A stretch of 64,000 nucleotides of DNA, from the NCBI GenBank assembly GCA_036785375.1, contig JAWMAR010000224.1, forward strand, positions 1,488,001 through 1,552,000, in the 5' to 3' direction. The translations under genes and the position numbers were made by a program. This DNA comes from Leucoraja ocellata (lineage: Eukaryota). The notes below the pieces were generated by a model. That model was not told where the DNA came from. It searched no databases and worked only from the letters and a program-made list of their open reading frames with translations. Positions 12,230 through 24,711 of this stretch are shown piece after piece. Numbering within the stretch: the first letter of the stretch is position 1; each line of letters begins with the position of its first letter.

Positions 12230-12752
12230 CGACCTCCCGGTGCTAAATACTTTAACTCTCCCATCCATTCCCACACTGACCTTTCTGTCCTGGGCCTCCT
12301 CCACTGTCAGAGTGAGGCCAAACCTAAATTGGAGGAACAGCACCTCATATTTCACGGGCAGCTTACACCCCAGCTGGGTGAATATTGATTCACTAATTTC
12401 AAGTAACCTTTGCTGTCCCTCGCTCTCTGACCCTCCCCCACCCTCGTTCTCTGACTAGTTTCACTGTCCTCCTGATTAATTTTACTGTTTGTATGCCTCG
12501 TTGTCACCTTCCCCTCAGCCAACAATGATCCATTCTGCATTTCCTAACCATTGTCTGCTTTGATCTGTCGATTTCACACCTTACCCTTCCATGTCTCTAG
12601 TTTCCCTCTCCATGAATCTCAGTCTGAGGAAGGGTCTCGACCCGAAATGTCACCTATTCCTCTCTCCGAAGATGCCGCCTGTCCCGCTGAGTAACTCCAG
12701 CATTTTGTGTCTAGCTTCAGTGTAAACCAGCATCTGCATTTCCTTCCTACAC
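12230..12752 (+). mobile_element. Penelope-like element 3' part with hammerhead-like motif (12624-12651)
   Basis: HSHTDLSVLGLLHCQSEAKPKLEEQHLIF (GIY-YIG domain C-terminus), then CTGAGGAAGGGTCTCGACCCGAAATGTC. Confidence 0.85.
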
Positions 12753-12977
12753 TGACTCTTACTGAATGTCCCGAGGGGGAAGCACTCTTCTTCCCTGTCC
12801 TGCCTGTAGGATGTGATGATGGAGAACTGGCTCACGACATGGCTAAGCAGTAGGGCTGCAGTCAAATGGTTATATGGTCAGCAGTGACTCAGTGGTTGTA
12901 CTTTGTAGCTCTGAGTCAGATTGCCACGGGCTTCAAGATCCACTCTAGCCACTCATAAACACGAAGACCGCACTATA

Positions 12978-13507
12978 GAAACAAAGAACTGCAGATGCCA
13001 GTTAATACACAAAAGAACACAAAGTGCTGGAGTAACTCAGCAGGTCAGGCAGCAACTCTGGAGAACATGGATGGATGACGTTTCTGGTCGAGACCCTTCT
13101 TCAAAGTCAGCACTGATGTTTCAGTGGAGTTCGGCACATTATCATCAGTATTGCAGATGAACAATGAAACTTTCTTTCCATCTAGATAGATACAAGGTGC
13201 TAGAGTAATTCAATGGGTCACACAGCATCCCTGGAGAAAAGTAATAGGTGACGTTTCAGGTCAGAACCTTTCTTCAAGCTGAAAGTGGGGTGATGGTGGG
13301 GAGGGGGAGGGGATTAGAGGTAGGGAAAAACAGGGCCGGCAACATTTTGTTCTGGCCTATTCCTACATCCAGTTCCCCCCCACCTACTTTCAGTCTAATG
13401 AAGGGTCTGACCCGAAACATCACCTTTCCTTTCCTCCAGAGATGCTGCCTGTCCCGCTGAGTTTGTGTCTGTCTACCTTCGGTATAAACAGCATCCTTCC
13501 CACACAT
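12978..13507. mobile_element. Penelope-derived units (minus copy 12978-13102; inverted pair 13185-13507)
   Basis: aagaactgcagatgc...gtgctggagtaactcagc...gacgtttctggtcgagacccttcttc and an inverted partner. Confidence 0.75.
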
Positions 13508-13841
13508 TTCCTCCCATCAGCTCTCATGTGGAATCCGTAAACACCTTCAGAGCTGACAGCGAGTTACCCTCAATGACCCCCAGCTAAAGTTCTCTCCCAA
13601 TCAAATCACGTCATTATTTCAACACTGCAGCAGAAGCTTACTGCATGCTCCATGCCAATGTCCCTCTAAATCAGTGGCTACATTTCCAAGGATATTTTGG
13701 TGACCTCAAAGATCTTGTCACGTCTTGAATTCAAGAAAAGCTCAACCTAAATGCCAGTCCAATTTTTATTAAATGTCCTTTGAACATTTATAATGCTTCA
13801 ATACTTCGTATAATATTAATGTCACAAAGGTGTAAAGCAAT

Positions 13842-14520
13842 GAAGTTCAAGTTCAAGTCCAAATGTATTTGGCACAAGCACCATAAGCTGCAGTGAAATG
13901 TAATTTACCATGCAGCGCTACAATTAAAAAAGGACATAATATACAACACAATTCAACACAGACGTCCACCACAGCATTCTTCACTGTGGTGGAAGGCAAT
14001 ACAGTTCAGACAGTCCTCCTCCTCCTCCCTTGTTCACCTGTGGTCGGGGCCCTGACCCTCCATAGTCGCCGCTACGGATGGCCCCATGGTCAAGCCCTCT
14101 GGTCAGGATGGTCTGAGCGCCGACGTCGGGACAGGTCAAGTATACCCACGGCTGGAGCTCCAAATCGGCTTCCAGATGCTGTAGGCCGCAGAGCTCTTCT
14201 CAGCGACCCCTAACGAGGGATCGCCCGCTCCACATTGGGAAGTAAAGTCCACGCCTGCCGCCAGAAGACCGAGGGTCCAAGATGCTGTAGGCCACAGGCC
14301 AGCGGTCGGAGCGCTTCTCCGGTGACCCTGGCGAGGGATCGCCCGCTCCACGTTGGGAAGTAAAGTCCACGCCTGCCGCCAGAAGACTGAGGCTCCAAGA
14401 TGCTGTAGGCCACGGGCCAGCGGTCGGAGCTCTTCTCCGGCAACCCCCGGCAAGGGGTGAGCGATATTACAGTCCCACTGCACCACCGCTGATGCTCTGG
14501 GCCCGATCATCCCCAGCAAG
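13842..14520 (-). mobile_element. Non-autonomous GC-rich element with Rex/L2-type 3' tail and 118-bp internal tandem repeat
   Basis: Tail (CTTGAA)n preceded by ttcactg on the minus strand. Repeat units start at 14215 and 14333. Confidence 0.6.
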
Positions 14521-14809
14521 AATCTAACCTGACCTGAGCTTGTTCTTCACAGCTTCATAGTCACCTTAACACATTTCTGGCAATGTTTTACTTATGCTCC
14601 AGCAAAAAGTGGCAAGAGATAAAGTTATGCAAGTTTTGATAGACGATATCTGAATATTTCACATTATTAATGTCCTAAGACTTCCGCTCAACTCTCTATG
14701 GTCTCAAATACAACAAAGGCAGTTACAAATGTTATTTTTGTTAAATATTCATTTTACTGTTTGAAGTATCGAGCCAACATCGAGCCCAACATTTACTCTG
14801 CACGTAGAA

Positions 14810-15359
14810 ACATGGAACCGCAAATGCTGGTTAATACCTAATGGGACACAAAGTGCTGGAGTAACTCAGCGGGTCAGGCAGCAAGGATTAGTGACAATTC
14901 TGGCCGAGACCCGCTTCAGACTGATTGTAGCGAGTGGGGGAGAAGAATAGGGAAGAGGAAGGACAAAGCGTGGCAGGTTGACATAGGCAATGCTGATTTT
15001 AGACAGGTGGATGGTTGGAACAAAGGCCAGAGATAATTAAGGAAGGTGCGAGACAGATTTAAAAAGACGAGGAAGATTTAAGAAGATTGAGGAAGATGAC
15101 TGCACTTTCGTGCCTTCCCTCACAGTGGGAAACGTTGATTCCGCTGTGTGGGGATGCTTATGTTAAATCCTATCGTGTATTGTGTTCTTTTTAATTGTAT
15201 GGTTCTATGACTCAAAATCTCACTGTACCAATTGGTGCATGTGACAATACATGTAACTTGAACTTGAACTTGAGAAATTGTGGATTGTAAAGCCAGAGGG
15301 AGGAAAGCAGAGGGGGAGTAGTGGGGCTGTGTGGGAGATGGAAATAGGTGGGAATCCAT

Positions 15360-15391
<32 letters not shown>

Positions 15392-15445
15392 GGAGAGAGA
15401 TAGGGGTGGGGTCTGAGAAGTTAACTAATATTTGGAGAATTCAAT
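14810..15445 (-). mobile_element. Decayed Penelope 3' UTR/terminal region
   Basis: gtgctggagtaactcagcgggtcaggcagc...gagacccgcttcagac, followed by a purine-rich 3'UTR-like tract and ggagaattcaatg. Confidence 0.6.
15092..15269 (+). mobile_element. Short SINE-like element with Rex/L2-type tail
   Basis: Ends tcactgtaccaattggtgcatgtgacaatac...(ACTTGA)n. Possible TTGAG TSD. Confidence 0.6.
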
Positions 15446-15724
15446 GCTTAACACGGCATCCCTAATTGCCCTAGAGAAAGATGTGGTGAGCCTCCCTTTT
15501 GAATCAGTGCAGCTCTTACGGTAACTTACACCCACAAAGCAGTTGGACAGGAAGTTTCAGGATTACCCAGAAAACAATGCGCTATATTTCCAAGTCAAGA
15601 TGATATGCCACTTGGGAAGGAACCTCCATGGGGATGGTGTTACCGCCCACACTTATCATTCTTGGCAGGAGAGATTACAGGTTATGGGCATAAGATCCTA
15701 AGTGATCTTATGTGATCCTAAGTG

Positions 15725-15885
15725 ATCTACTCCACCATTCAATCATGGCTGATCTATCTCTCCCTCATAACCCCATTCTCCTCATAACCTCTGACACCCG
15801 TATTAATCAAGAATCTATCTATCTCTGCCTTAAAAATATCCATTGACTTGACCTCCACAGACCTTCTGTGCAAAGATTACCACCC
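15725..15885 (-). mobile_element. CR1 3' UTR fragment
   Basis: tctactccaccattcaatcatggctgatctatctc...ctctgccttaaaaatatccattgacttg. Confidence 0.75.
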
Positions 15886-16422
15886 TTTTGAGAGTTGTCA
15901 GATTATCCTTGACTAATGGCTGAAGTGACCATATCCGTTTTGTGTTGGTTTTGGAGAGAATGTATGCTGAGGAAAGCGGATGAAACATCGATCAAGTGGG
16001 CACATTCCTCAGAATCTGGGTGGGAAGTAACTGCAGATGCTGCAGCGCCCATTCCTTCTCTCTTCAGATATGCTGCCTGTCCAGCTGAGTCACTCCAGCA
16101 TTTTGTGTCTATCTCAGAATCTGGGGTTAGTTGCTGATGTACTCATGCTGACATGCAGAGAGTATTCTATCACAGTGGTAATTGGTGCCCTGCAGATTAT
16201 GTGTCACAGTGCGAGTCATCCATCATGGAACACCGAGCCACAGACCAACGCTGTAGAATGTTATCTATGCAGTTGCTCCAATTATACTTCTCATTAACAG
16301 GGACAAGAAAAGTTGATGAACGGGGACTCAGTGATGGCGATGTTTCCGAATGGCAAGCATAGGGATTAGACTTCTGGTTGAAGATGGTCTTGCCTGGCAC
16401 CTCTGAGGCACTAATGTTATTT

Positions 16423-16631
16423 TATAAGTTTATGTTCATAAGTGATAGGACCAAAATTAGTCAAGTCGACTGCACCACTCAATCATGGCCGATCAATCCT
16501 TCCCTCTGCACCTCATTATTTCTGCCTTCTCCAGATAACCCCTGACATCTGCACTAATCAAGAATCTATCTATCTCAGCCTTAAAAATATCCATTGACTT
16601 GGCTTACACCGCCTTCTGTGGCAATTAATTC
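16423..16631 (-). mobile_element. CR1 3' end between two copies of a roughly 95-bp duplication
   Basis: CR1 tail ataagtttatgttcataagtgatagg...ccttctgtggcaattaattc. Flanks 16329-16422 and 16632-16729 are diverged direct repeats. Confidence 0.75.
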
Positions 16632-17289
16632 CAGTGATGGCGATGCTTTTGAGTGCCAAGCATTGATGATTAGACTTCTTGTTGAAGATGGTGGTCTTGC
16701 CTGGCACCTCTGAGGCACCAATGTTATTTGTCACCTATCAGCCCATTCTTGAAGAAGGGTCTTTCTAGTTTTTGTTTTTTTTAAAAAGCAACTAAGCCAT
16801 GAAACGTTTGCTGTAAACTACATATATTCAGGAAATAATAAAACATTTGCATCCCAACAGTGAGGCATGATGCTACAATTTTTAAGGCAGCCAGCCCACG
16901 GGTAGAATGTTGGGCAGGGACCTGGCTTGCAACTAAAAACCAGTGAGTAAGTCAACTGTACAATAAGGTACTGTTCAGAACAACCTCCACAACACTGGCA
17001 CATTATAACATTTCACACTGACAGACAGGGTGATAAAACACCACCTCAATTAAGAAGCCACCAAGATATGTTAAAAACCATTGGGCTGGGCAATTGTCCA
17101 AGCTGCTGTCAAGCTAACAAACTAAATCTGTTTTGGTGTCATTTGACATCCATTTTATGTCAAGCATTTTTTTCCCCACACCATTTTTAATCTCCCCCAC
17201 ACTGCATATCATTGCTTTGCTCAGTTGCTAAGTGGCATCAAGTGGCTCGCTACTTAATTTTGTTTCTGTCCACTTTGGGCCACCCTATA

Positions 17290-17812
17290 CATTGTGTGTG
17301 TAATGGAGTGTGAGAGGGAATGTGTGAGAGATTATATATGGGAGAGTGTGACAGAGATTATGGAAGAAAGTGTGGGAGAGAGAGTGAGAAAGAGAGAGTG
17401 AGAAAGAGAGAGACAGAGTTTGAGAGTGAGCGCGAGAGTAAGAGTGTGAGAGTGAGTGTGATAATGAGAGAGTGAGAGAGAGCGTAAGAGTGAAAAAGAA
17501 TGAAATAACAAAAGTGTAAGAGAGAGAGGGAGAGTGATAATGAGAGTGTGAGGGTGTCAGACAGAGTGCGAGTGTGTGAGAGTGAGAGAGAGAAAGTGAG
17601 AGAGAGTGTGCAAGAGTGTGAGAGGGAGTGTGAAAAAGATAGTGTGTGATAATGAGAAAGAGTGTGAGAGTGTGAGAGTGTAAGAGAGAGAATGAGAATG
17701 AGTGTGAGAGCAAGAGTGAGAGATAGTGTGAGAGAGAAAATGAGAAAGCATGAGTGAAATGAGTGAGAGGGTGTGAGAGAGAGTGAGAGAGTGAGAAAGA
17801 GAGTGTGTGCGC
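17290..17812 (+). repeat. Degenerate (GA)n/(GT)n low-complexity tract
   Basis: Directly visible. Source of the spurious Ser/His/Leu-rich ORFs. Confidence 0.95.
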
Positions 17813-18239
17813 ACTCATGTACATGTGGTAATGACAACTATCTTTCTTGCTCCCTTGTTGCAGGGAGCATTAATTTTTAGACTACCTAACCAAAATGCTA
17901 GCAAGGAGATCTTACTCTTGGCCAGAATGTCCTTGCTCAATGTCCAACACCACAATCTGCAAATCCCTTCCCAATCGCACACCGACCACCCCGACTCAGA
18001 TCACGTCAGCCTACCAACGTTCCTGCCATCGTTCCAGCTGCACCCTGGGAATGTCCAGCCACAACATGCCAACTCCCCGCAGCTTCCCAACAGTCACCCA
18101 CTGCCACAGCCCCCATTCATTTCCACCGATGGGGAAGGAAGAGAGAGAGGCATGTTTCAGCCGGTTGTGTTTTAAAACAAAATTGCGTTGACTTTAATGA
18201 AATTATTTGCTTTGTGCATTTCAAATAGAGATCCCCACA

Positions 18240-18442
18240 CACAAACTCCATCCCACACAGGGGACAATTTTACATTCATACCAAGCCCATTAACCTGCAA
18301 CCTGTATGTCTTTGGAGTGTAGGAGGAAACCAAAGATCTCGGAGAACATACGAACTTCATACTAACAGTGTCCATAGTCAGGATGAAACCCAGGTGTCTG
18401 GCGGTGTAAGGCAGTAACTCTACTGCTGCACCACCGTGCCCC
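18240..18442 (-). mobile_element. HE1-like SINE (5' part)
   Basis: gggacaattttaca...ggatgaaacccagg...tctactgctgcaccaccgtgccc. Confidence 0.8.
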
Positions 18443-18494
18443 CTTGTACAAATTGGCAGTTCTGTATTAAGAGCACAAAATACAAAAAAGTATA

Positions 18495-18760
18495 GGTCAT
18501 AAGTGATAGGAGTAGAATTAGGCCATTCGGCCCATCGTCTATTCCACCATTCAATCATAGCTGATCTATCTCTCTCTCCTAACCCCATTCTCCTGCCTTC
18601 ACCCTGTAACCTCTGACATCCGAACTAATCAAGAATCTATCTATCTCTGCCTTAAAAATATCCACTAACTTGACCTCCACAGCCTTGTGGGGCAAAGAAT
18701 TCCACAGATTCACCACCCAATGACTAAATAAATTTCTCATCCGTCCTAAAATATAGCCTT
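18495..18760 (-). mobile_element. CR1 3' end
   Basis: gtcataagtgataggagtagaattaggccattcggccc...gaattccacagattcaccacc. Confidence 0.8.
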
Positions 18761-19039
18761 TTTGGATTTTTTTAATTCACAGAGAGCAACCCAAATGTAC
18801 AAGCTGCTGAACACCATGGCCATCATTAACAAAGTGTTCTTTGCTTAACTGATTGGGGAACAAACAGTATCATTCAAGTGACACTACCGGCCTTTCTCAG
18901 TATGTTGGTTAGCTAATATGCAGCTGGAAATGTGTAGAAACCTAATCTTTATGACTTTTGCAATAATTTCTTGATAAAATGAAATGAAGACCAGATACAT
19001 TCGGCCATTTCGGAACTGAGCAGTCAGTATTCTTGGAGG

Positions 19040-19640
19040 CACCCAAGACTGCAGATGCTGGAATCTTGAGCAGATGTGAACTTAGCTAGCCAAGCAGCAT
19101 CTGTGGAGGCAAATGGTTGGATGGTGTCTTGGGTCGGGACTGAGATCATGGAGAGAAGTAGCTAGTATATGGAGGTGAGAGTGTGGAGTGATGCAGGAGC
19201 CAGGGGATGATAACAGCAGAGGCAAGGTGGTGAAGATACAAAAGGCTGCAGATGCTGGAATCTTGAGCAAAAAATGAACGGCTAGGGACAAAATGGGGGA
19301 ACTCAGCAGATCAGGCAGCATCTGTGGAGGGAAAAGGACAGACAACTTTTCTAGTCAGGTCCCTTCTTCATACCAATTGTGCAGGAAGGAACTGCAGATG
19401 CTGGTTTACACCGAAGATAGACACAAAATGCTGGAGTCACTCAGCGGGCCAGGCAGCATCTCAACATCTGGCCATCAGTCAGAAGAAGGGCCAGGCAGCA
19501 TCTCTAGAGAGAAGGAATGGGTGACGTTTCGGGTCGGGACCTTGGTATCTGGCCATTAGTCTGAAGAAGGATCTCGATTCAAAAGTCACCCATTCCTTCT
19601 CTCCAGAGATGCTGCCTGTCCCTTATTCAGACTAATGGCC
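19040..19640. mobile_element. Cluster of Penelope-derived terminal units, mostly minus strand, with rearranged palindrome
   Basis: Repeated ctgcagatgctgg / cagcatctgtggagg / gacgtttcgggtcgggacc motifs, and atctggccat-agtc repeated in both orientations. Confidence 0.7.
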
Positions 19641-19919
19641 AGATGGATCGCGAAATACCTTTCAAGCAATGCTGCTGGCCTTTCACAGCAGGTCAGTTAG
19701 TTAACGTGCAAGGAGGGATAGGATGAATAATACTCACGAGGAACACAGGTCACAATAATTAAACACAAGAGATGTTTTGAAGGAACAAAAGGATTCCACA
19801 CCCAGTCAATGAAGTGCAAGTGAATAGAGATACATGGCCAAATATTACAACATACTAACTAGTGTGCTTAGACTTTCACTCGTGCAGCATAGTGAAAAAG
19901 CAAATCCAACCGTTGCTTC

Positions 19920-20212
19920 ACAGCAGCAGAGACCTGGGTTCAATGGTGACCTCCAGTCCTTCTGTGTAACATTTCATGTTCCCCCTGTGATTGCGTAAAA
20001 GTTCCCCTGGTATATCGAAAACATGCAGACTGGTGAGTTAATTGGCCACTGTAAACTGCCCCTGTTCAATAGGTGAGCAGTAACATTTGGCAGGAGTTTA
20101 TGATACTTGGGGGAAAATAAAAAAATATTTAATGTAGGATTAGCATAATAATGAGAGTCAGCATGGGCACAGTGGGCTGAAGGGCCTGTTTCCATGATGT
20201 ATCATTCCATGA
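19920..20212 (+). mobile_element. Old HE1-like SINE
   Basis: gagacctgggttcaat...gttaattggccactgtaaactgccc...gggctgaagggcctgtttccatg. Confidence 0.65.
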
Positions 20213-20859
20213 CTCAAAGCCTATCCACGATGTATCTTTCTCTGATTACTGCTTAGAAATTGGGATCTTTTTGCTGCATTACATTGTGCTGTGACACTGC
20301 CTACTTGGGCAAAATGCATAAAATGTTTTTAAATTATTATGGCGGCTTTTTCTCCGAATCGTGCATTAAAATGTATCCGAGTGGCAATTATGCCTGCAGG
20401 AGTCACATCTGCAGCATCACGACCACTCTGAAGCATGAAAGTGAGTCACAGTCTTATTAAGAATGCTCCCTGTGGAAGATTTGTGAAGTTACTCTGCACG
20501 GAAACCGGCCCTTTGGCCCAACACGCCTGTCCGTGCCACACAAGCAGCTGCAGGAAGGGACACCTCGGTGTGCAGGGAATCTCAAGGATTGGGTTCACAA
20601 GTCTTGAATGGGTCTGGACAAAACCAGCCTCCTCACTTAAGATTGGCTGCATTGATTGAGTCCCCACACTGGTAGCATTTATCTGTGCTGTGAATCAGTT
20701 CGAAGTTATGGAGCTGGAAGTTATGCAGCTCTCAGCACCACTTCTGGAAATACACCGTTGAGTGAAAACAGCGGCATTAGATTAGTAAAAGAGTGGAATG
20801 TCAAAACCTTCCACATCCGCACTCGTGTTTGCTCCTTTGAACGATAATGAGGTTAGCGG

Positions 20860-21130
20860 CCAATTTTTGTGGGTAAATGTGGAAACATTTATTGCACATG
20901 TGCTGGACTTGTGGAAAGTTTTTGATGAGGTCCGACACTGGTCAACATGTTTGGAGCATGTGGAATTGGGAGCAATGTATTGGCATGGATTGTCAATTGG
21001 TGCTTTGACAGAAAACAAAGAGTGGGGTAAACAGATTGTTGTCAGGTGGTAAGGTGTGACAAGCGGAGAACATCTGAGATGTGTGCTTGAACCACAAGGC
21101 AGTCCTTGAGTTACGTTAGGGTTAGCTGTT
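20860..21130 (+). pseudogene. Very decayed CR1 reverse transcriptase fragment
   Basis: LDLWKVFDEVRH resembles LDFQKAFDKVPH. Downstream gcaatgtattggcatggatt and ccacaagg resemble the GNVLAWI and PQG motifs. Confidence 0.55.
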
Positions 21131-21174
21131 TGTGCTTTGCCCTTCAAAAATATAAATCCCTTCTTTTCTGAGCC

Positions 21175-21392
21175 TCAGTTTAGACTTTAGAGATACAGAT
21201 CCCTTTGGCCCACTGAATCCGCCTTGACCAGCGATCACACCGTACACTAACCTAGATACTGGGATAATTTTACAATTTACCAAAGCCAATTAACCTACCG
21301 CCCCGCATTTCTTTGGAATGTGGGAAGAAACTGGAACACCCGGAGAAAACCCACACGGTCACAGGGAGAACGTACAAACTCCGTACAGACAG
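21175..21392 (-). mobile_element. HE1-like SINE (3' part)
   Basis: agtttagactttagagatacag...gggagaacgtacaaactccgtacagacag. Confidence 0.8.
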
Positions 21393-21604
21393 GATTGACT
21401 TTGGTTTCCTTCTATATTTAATTGCACCATTCCGTCCCCCTAAAATGAACATCTCTGTAATTTCTTCCCCTCTCAAATAAGTTAAACCTTCCCTGCATAG
21501 ATGTTGGATCATTCTAATTCAGGAGCAACTCAAATAGCTAGTATGTCCACTTCTCCAAAAACAATGCAAGGTGATTCAGAAGTCTAAAGCCCACTCTCCT
21601 ACAT

Positions 21605-22165
21605 CACAATAATACTTTATTAGTCAAGTATGTTTTGCAACATACGAGGAATTTCATTTTCCAAGTCAGTCATACAAATAAAAAGCAAAGGAACACACAA
21701 AACACATTTTAACATTTACATCCATCACAGAGACCTCCACGTTCCTCTCTGTGATGGAAGGCGAAACAATCTCTACCTTTTGCTCTCCCGCAGTCGGGGG
21801 GCCTCGAGCCCTCTGTTGACGGGGCGATCTTGAGTTCTGTTGCCAGCGGCGGGAGCAGTTGGAGCGATCCAAGGCAAGGGATCAACTCCGATGCAAGTCC
21901 AAACCCCGCGGTGGGGTCCAAGGTCAGTCCGAGGGGCCTCCAGCTCCATCGATGGTAGGCCGCAGAACAACCAGAGAATGCGATCCAAAAAGTAGTCCAA
22001 GGTAAGAAGCTGAGAAACAAGTTTCCCCCGACCCCTCCCCCTCCCCCCACATAAAACAAACCGGAGGAAGTTTGCATAAACTTTTAACACACATCAACAT
22101 TTTTAAAAAAGACGAGAAAAGAAACAGACTGTTGGCGGGGCTGCCAATCGTACGGCGCCCCCTAG
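21605..22165 (-). mobile_element. Non-autonomous GC-rich element with Rex/L2-type 3' end
   Basis: Minus strand ends ...ttgcaaaacatacttgactAATAAAgtatt. Carries the tccatcacag/ctgtgatgga hairpin and has the same layout as 38180-38992. Confidence 0.55.
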
Positions 22166-22234
22166 TTGTAGATCCGTGTGGTACATCATCTTAATATTCA
22201 CACATTCTTGTCACAACACCTTTTCTTCAGCCAT

Positions 22235-22675
22235 AGTCATACAGCGTGGAGACAGGGCGTTCAGCTCAACTTGCCCACACCAGCCAACATGCCCCCTCTA
22301 CACTAGTTCCACACCGGCATTTGACCCATATCCTTCTTAACCTGTCCCATCTACATACTTAAATGGTTCTTAAACATTGCAATAGTACCAGCCTCAATGA
22401 CCTCTCCCGGCAGCTCATTGAAAAGACCCACCATCCTTTGCTTGAAAATATTACCCCTCAGGTTCCTATTAAATCTTTCCCCACCCACCTTAAACTTGGG
22501 TCCTCGATCCCCCTACTCTGGGCAAGAGACTCTGTTTGTCTACCCGATTTATTCCTCTCATGACTTTGTACACCTCCATAAAATCACCCGTCATCCTCCT
22601 TTGCTCCAAGGAATAGAGTCCCAGCCTGCTCAACCCCTCCCTATAGCTCAGACCCTTGAGTTCTGGCAACATCCA
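22235..22675 (-). mobile_element. CR1 3' fragment
   Basis: Minus ORF ...MLPELKGLSYREGLSRLGLYSLEQRRMTGDFMEVYKVMRGINRVD, plus 3' UTR. Confidence 0.85.
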
Positions 22676-22954
22676 GTTCCTAGACAATAGCAGACTGCAC
22701 TGTATTCCAGAGGTTTCAACCCGAGAACTCCCATTTGAAGATTCTCCCCAGCTCCCTAAATTCATGCAGCAGGAGATCCGCACTCTTTTTTTACCCAAGT
22801 TGCACTGTCAACGTGAAGCATGAGCTCTGTCTACCCTCCCCTTGTAGGAATGCCCTGATTACACCCCCCCCCCCCCCCCCTTGGGTACTCCGACCATGTT
22901 ATGACACGCTTGACCCTGGCACCAAGAAGGCAACACAGGTTTTCTGCGTGTTCG

Positions 22955-23372
22955 GCTAGAATTTGGAAGATTGAGGGGGGATCTTATAGAAGCTTACAAC
23001 ATTCTTAAGGGGTTTTACAGGCTAGATGCAGGAAGATTGTTCCCGATGTTGGGGAAGTCCAGGACAAGGGGTCACAGTTTAAGGATAGGGGGGAAATCCT
23101 TTAGGACCGTGATGAGAAAAACATTTTTCACACAGAGAGTGTTGAATCTCTGGAACACTCTGCTACAGAAGGTAGTTGAGGCCAGTTCATTGGCTATATT
23201 TAAGAGGAAGTTAGATGTGGCCCCTTGTGGCTAAAGGGCTCAGGGGGTATGGAGAGAAGGCAGGTACAGGATACTGAGTTGGATGATCAGCCATGATCAT
23301 ATTGAATGGCGGTGCAGGCTCGAAGGGCCGAATGGCCTACTCCTGCACCTATTTTCTATGTTTCTATGTTTT
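22955..23372 (+). mobile_element. Young CR1 3' fragment
   Basis: RGDLIEAYNILKG...FFTQRVLNLWN. Tail (TTTCTATG)n. Nearly the same sequence as the copy at 48.2-48.6 kb. Confidence 0.9.
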
Positions 23373-23934
23373 AAATATACAAGGCACATATTGAAGAGTA
23401 CAGCACCCAGGTGTGAGATTCATCACCAAATAAATGTTGTTTACACAGGCTGGTTACAGAAAACATTACCGAATCTCAGCGTGAATTATTGCAATAGAGT
23501 GTAACATTCCACTGTTGGACTTTAACTTCGCCACGGTGACTTATCCTGTAAGTATAACAGGAACAGCACTTAAAATCTAATGGTAACTGCGGTTAATGGG
23601 GCACTACAAGTTACTCAGATTTACCAGAAACAACAATGATATTCTGCCATGATCCGTTTTCCCTTTATAGTAAGTGGAAAATTTTAATGGATTATATATC
23701 TATGTTGCCATTGAAATTGTCTTATTAACAACAGATCCTAACTGTAAATATCTCAACATACAACAGACTTAAGCTAGTCCACATCCAAATGTATGAATTA
23801 GGATCAGGAGTAGGTCTCTTGACTCTTCCAGTCTGCTCTGTCATTTAATATAATATTGGCTGATGTGATTTAGGAGGCACATCAATATGCAGGGAATGGA
23901 GGGATGTGGTTTATGTGCAGGCAAAGGAGATCTT

Positions 23935-24250
23935 AGTTTAATTTAGAGATAATGCAGGGCAACAGGCCCTTCGGCCCACCGGGTCCGCGCCGACCAACGA
24001 TCCCCGAACATTAACACCATCCTACACCCACTAGGGACAATATTTACATTAACCAAGCCAATTGACCTACAAATCTGTACGTCTTTGGAGTGTGGGAGGA
24101 AACAGAAGATCTCTGAGAAAACCTACGCAGGTCACGGGGAGAACATACAAACTCCATACAGACAGCACCCGTGATCGGGATCGAACCCAGGTCTCCGGTG
24201 CTGCTTTCGCTGTAGGGTAGCCACTCTACCGCTGCGCCACCGTGACTGCC
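23935..24250 (-). mobile_element. Full-length HE1-like SINE inserted in a plus-strand CR1 tail (about 23870-24335)
   Basis: A-box TGGCGCAGCGG and B-box GGTTCGATCCC on the minus strand, conserved body, (CTAAA)n-type tail. Confidence 0.9.
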
Positions 24251-24711
24251 GTAACTTGGCATCATGTTGGCACGGACCCGGTGGGCAGAAGGGCCTGTTT
24301 CCGCGCTGTATTGCTAAACTTACTAAACTAAACAAAACTATACTATAACCATGGCATTCCTGCCCGCCTGAGAACACTTCATCCCCTTTCTTATCAAATA
24401 TCTAACACCCTCTACCTTAAAAATATTCAGACTACGTCCACTTCCCTTTGAGGAACCAAATTCCACAGACTCATGACCCTCTGATAAATATTTTCAGCTT
24501 GACTTTAAATTTACAACCTCGTGTTTTGAAGCAGTGACTTCTGGTTCTAGATTCTTCCACAAAAGGAAACATTCTCTCTGCACTCGCCCTGTCTAAACTC
24601 ATCAGGATCACATTCAAACCAGTCACTGCTAGTTATTCTAAACAGTACCACATACACGCCGAGAATTTCCAATCTTTCCTCATGAGACAACTCCCGATGA
24701 GAATGTAATGA

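Noticed and set aside
12790-12880. Plus-strand acceptor-like site followed by an open frame (DVMMENWL...)
   Set aside because: No good donor, and it resembles a decayed CR1 RT segment (ENWL).
15360-15390. Poly-G run (also poly-C at about 22864 and 39704)
   Set aside because: Simple homopolymers, possibly inflated by sequencing; no further structure.
17285-17837. Long Ser/His/Leu-rich ORFs
   Set aside because: Translation of a (GA)/(GT) low-complexity tract.
24170-24245. tRNA-like sequence with A and B boxes
   Set aside because: It is the head of a SINE, continuous with the SINE body and repeated many times; no proper cloverleaf.
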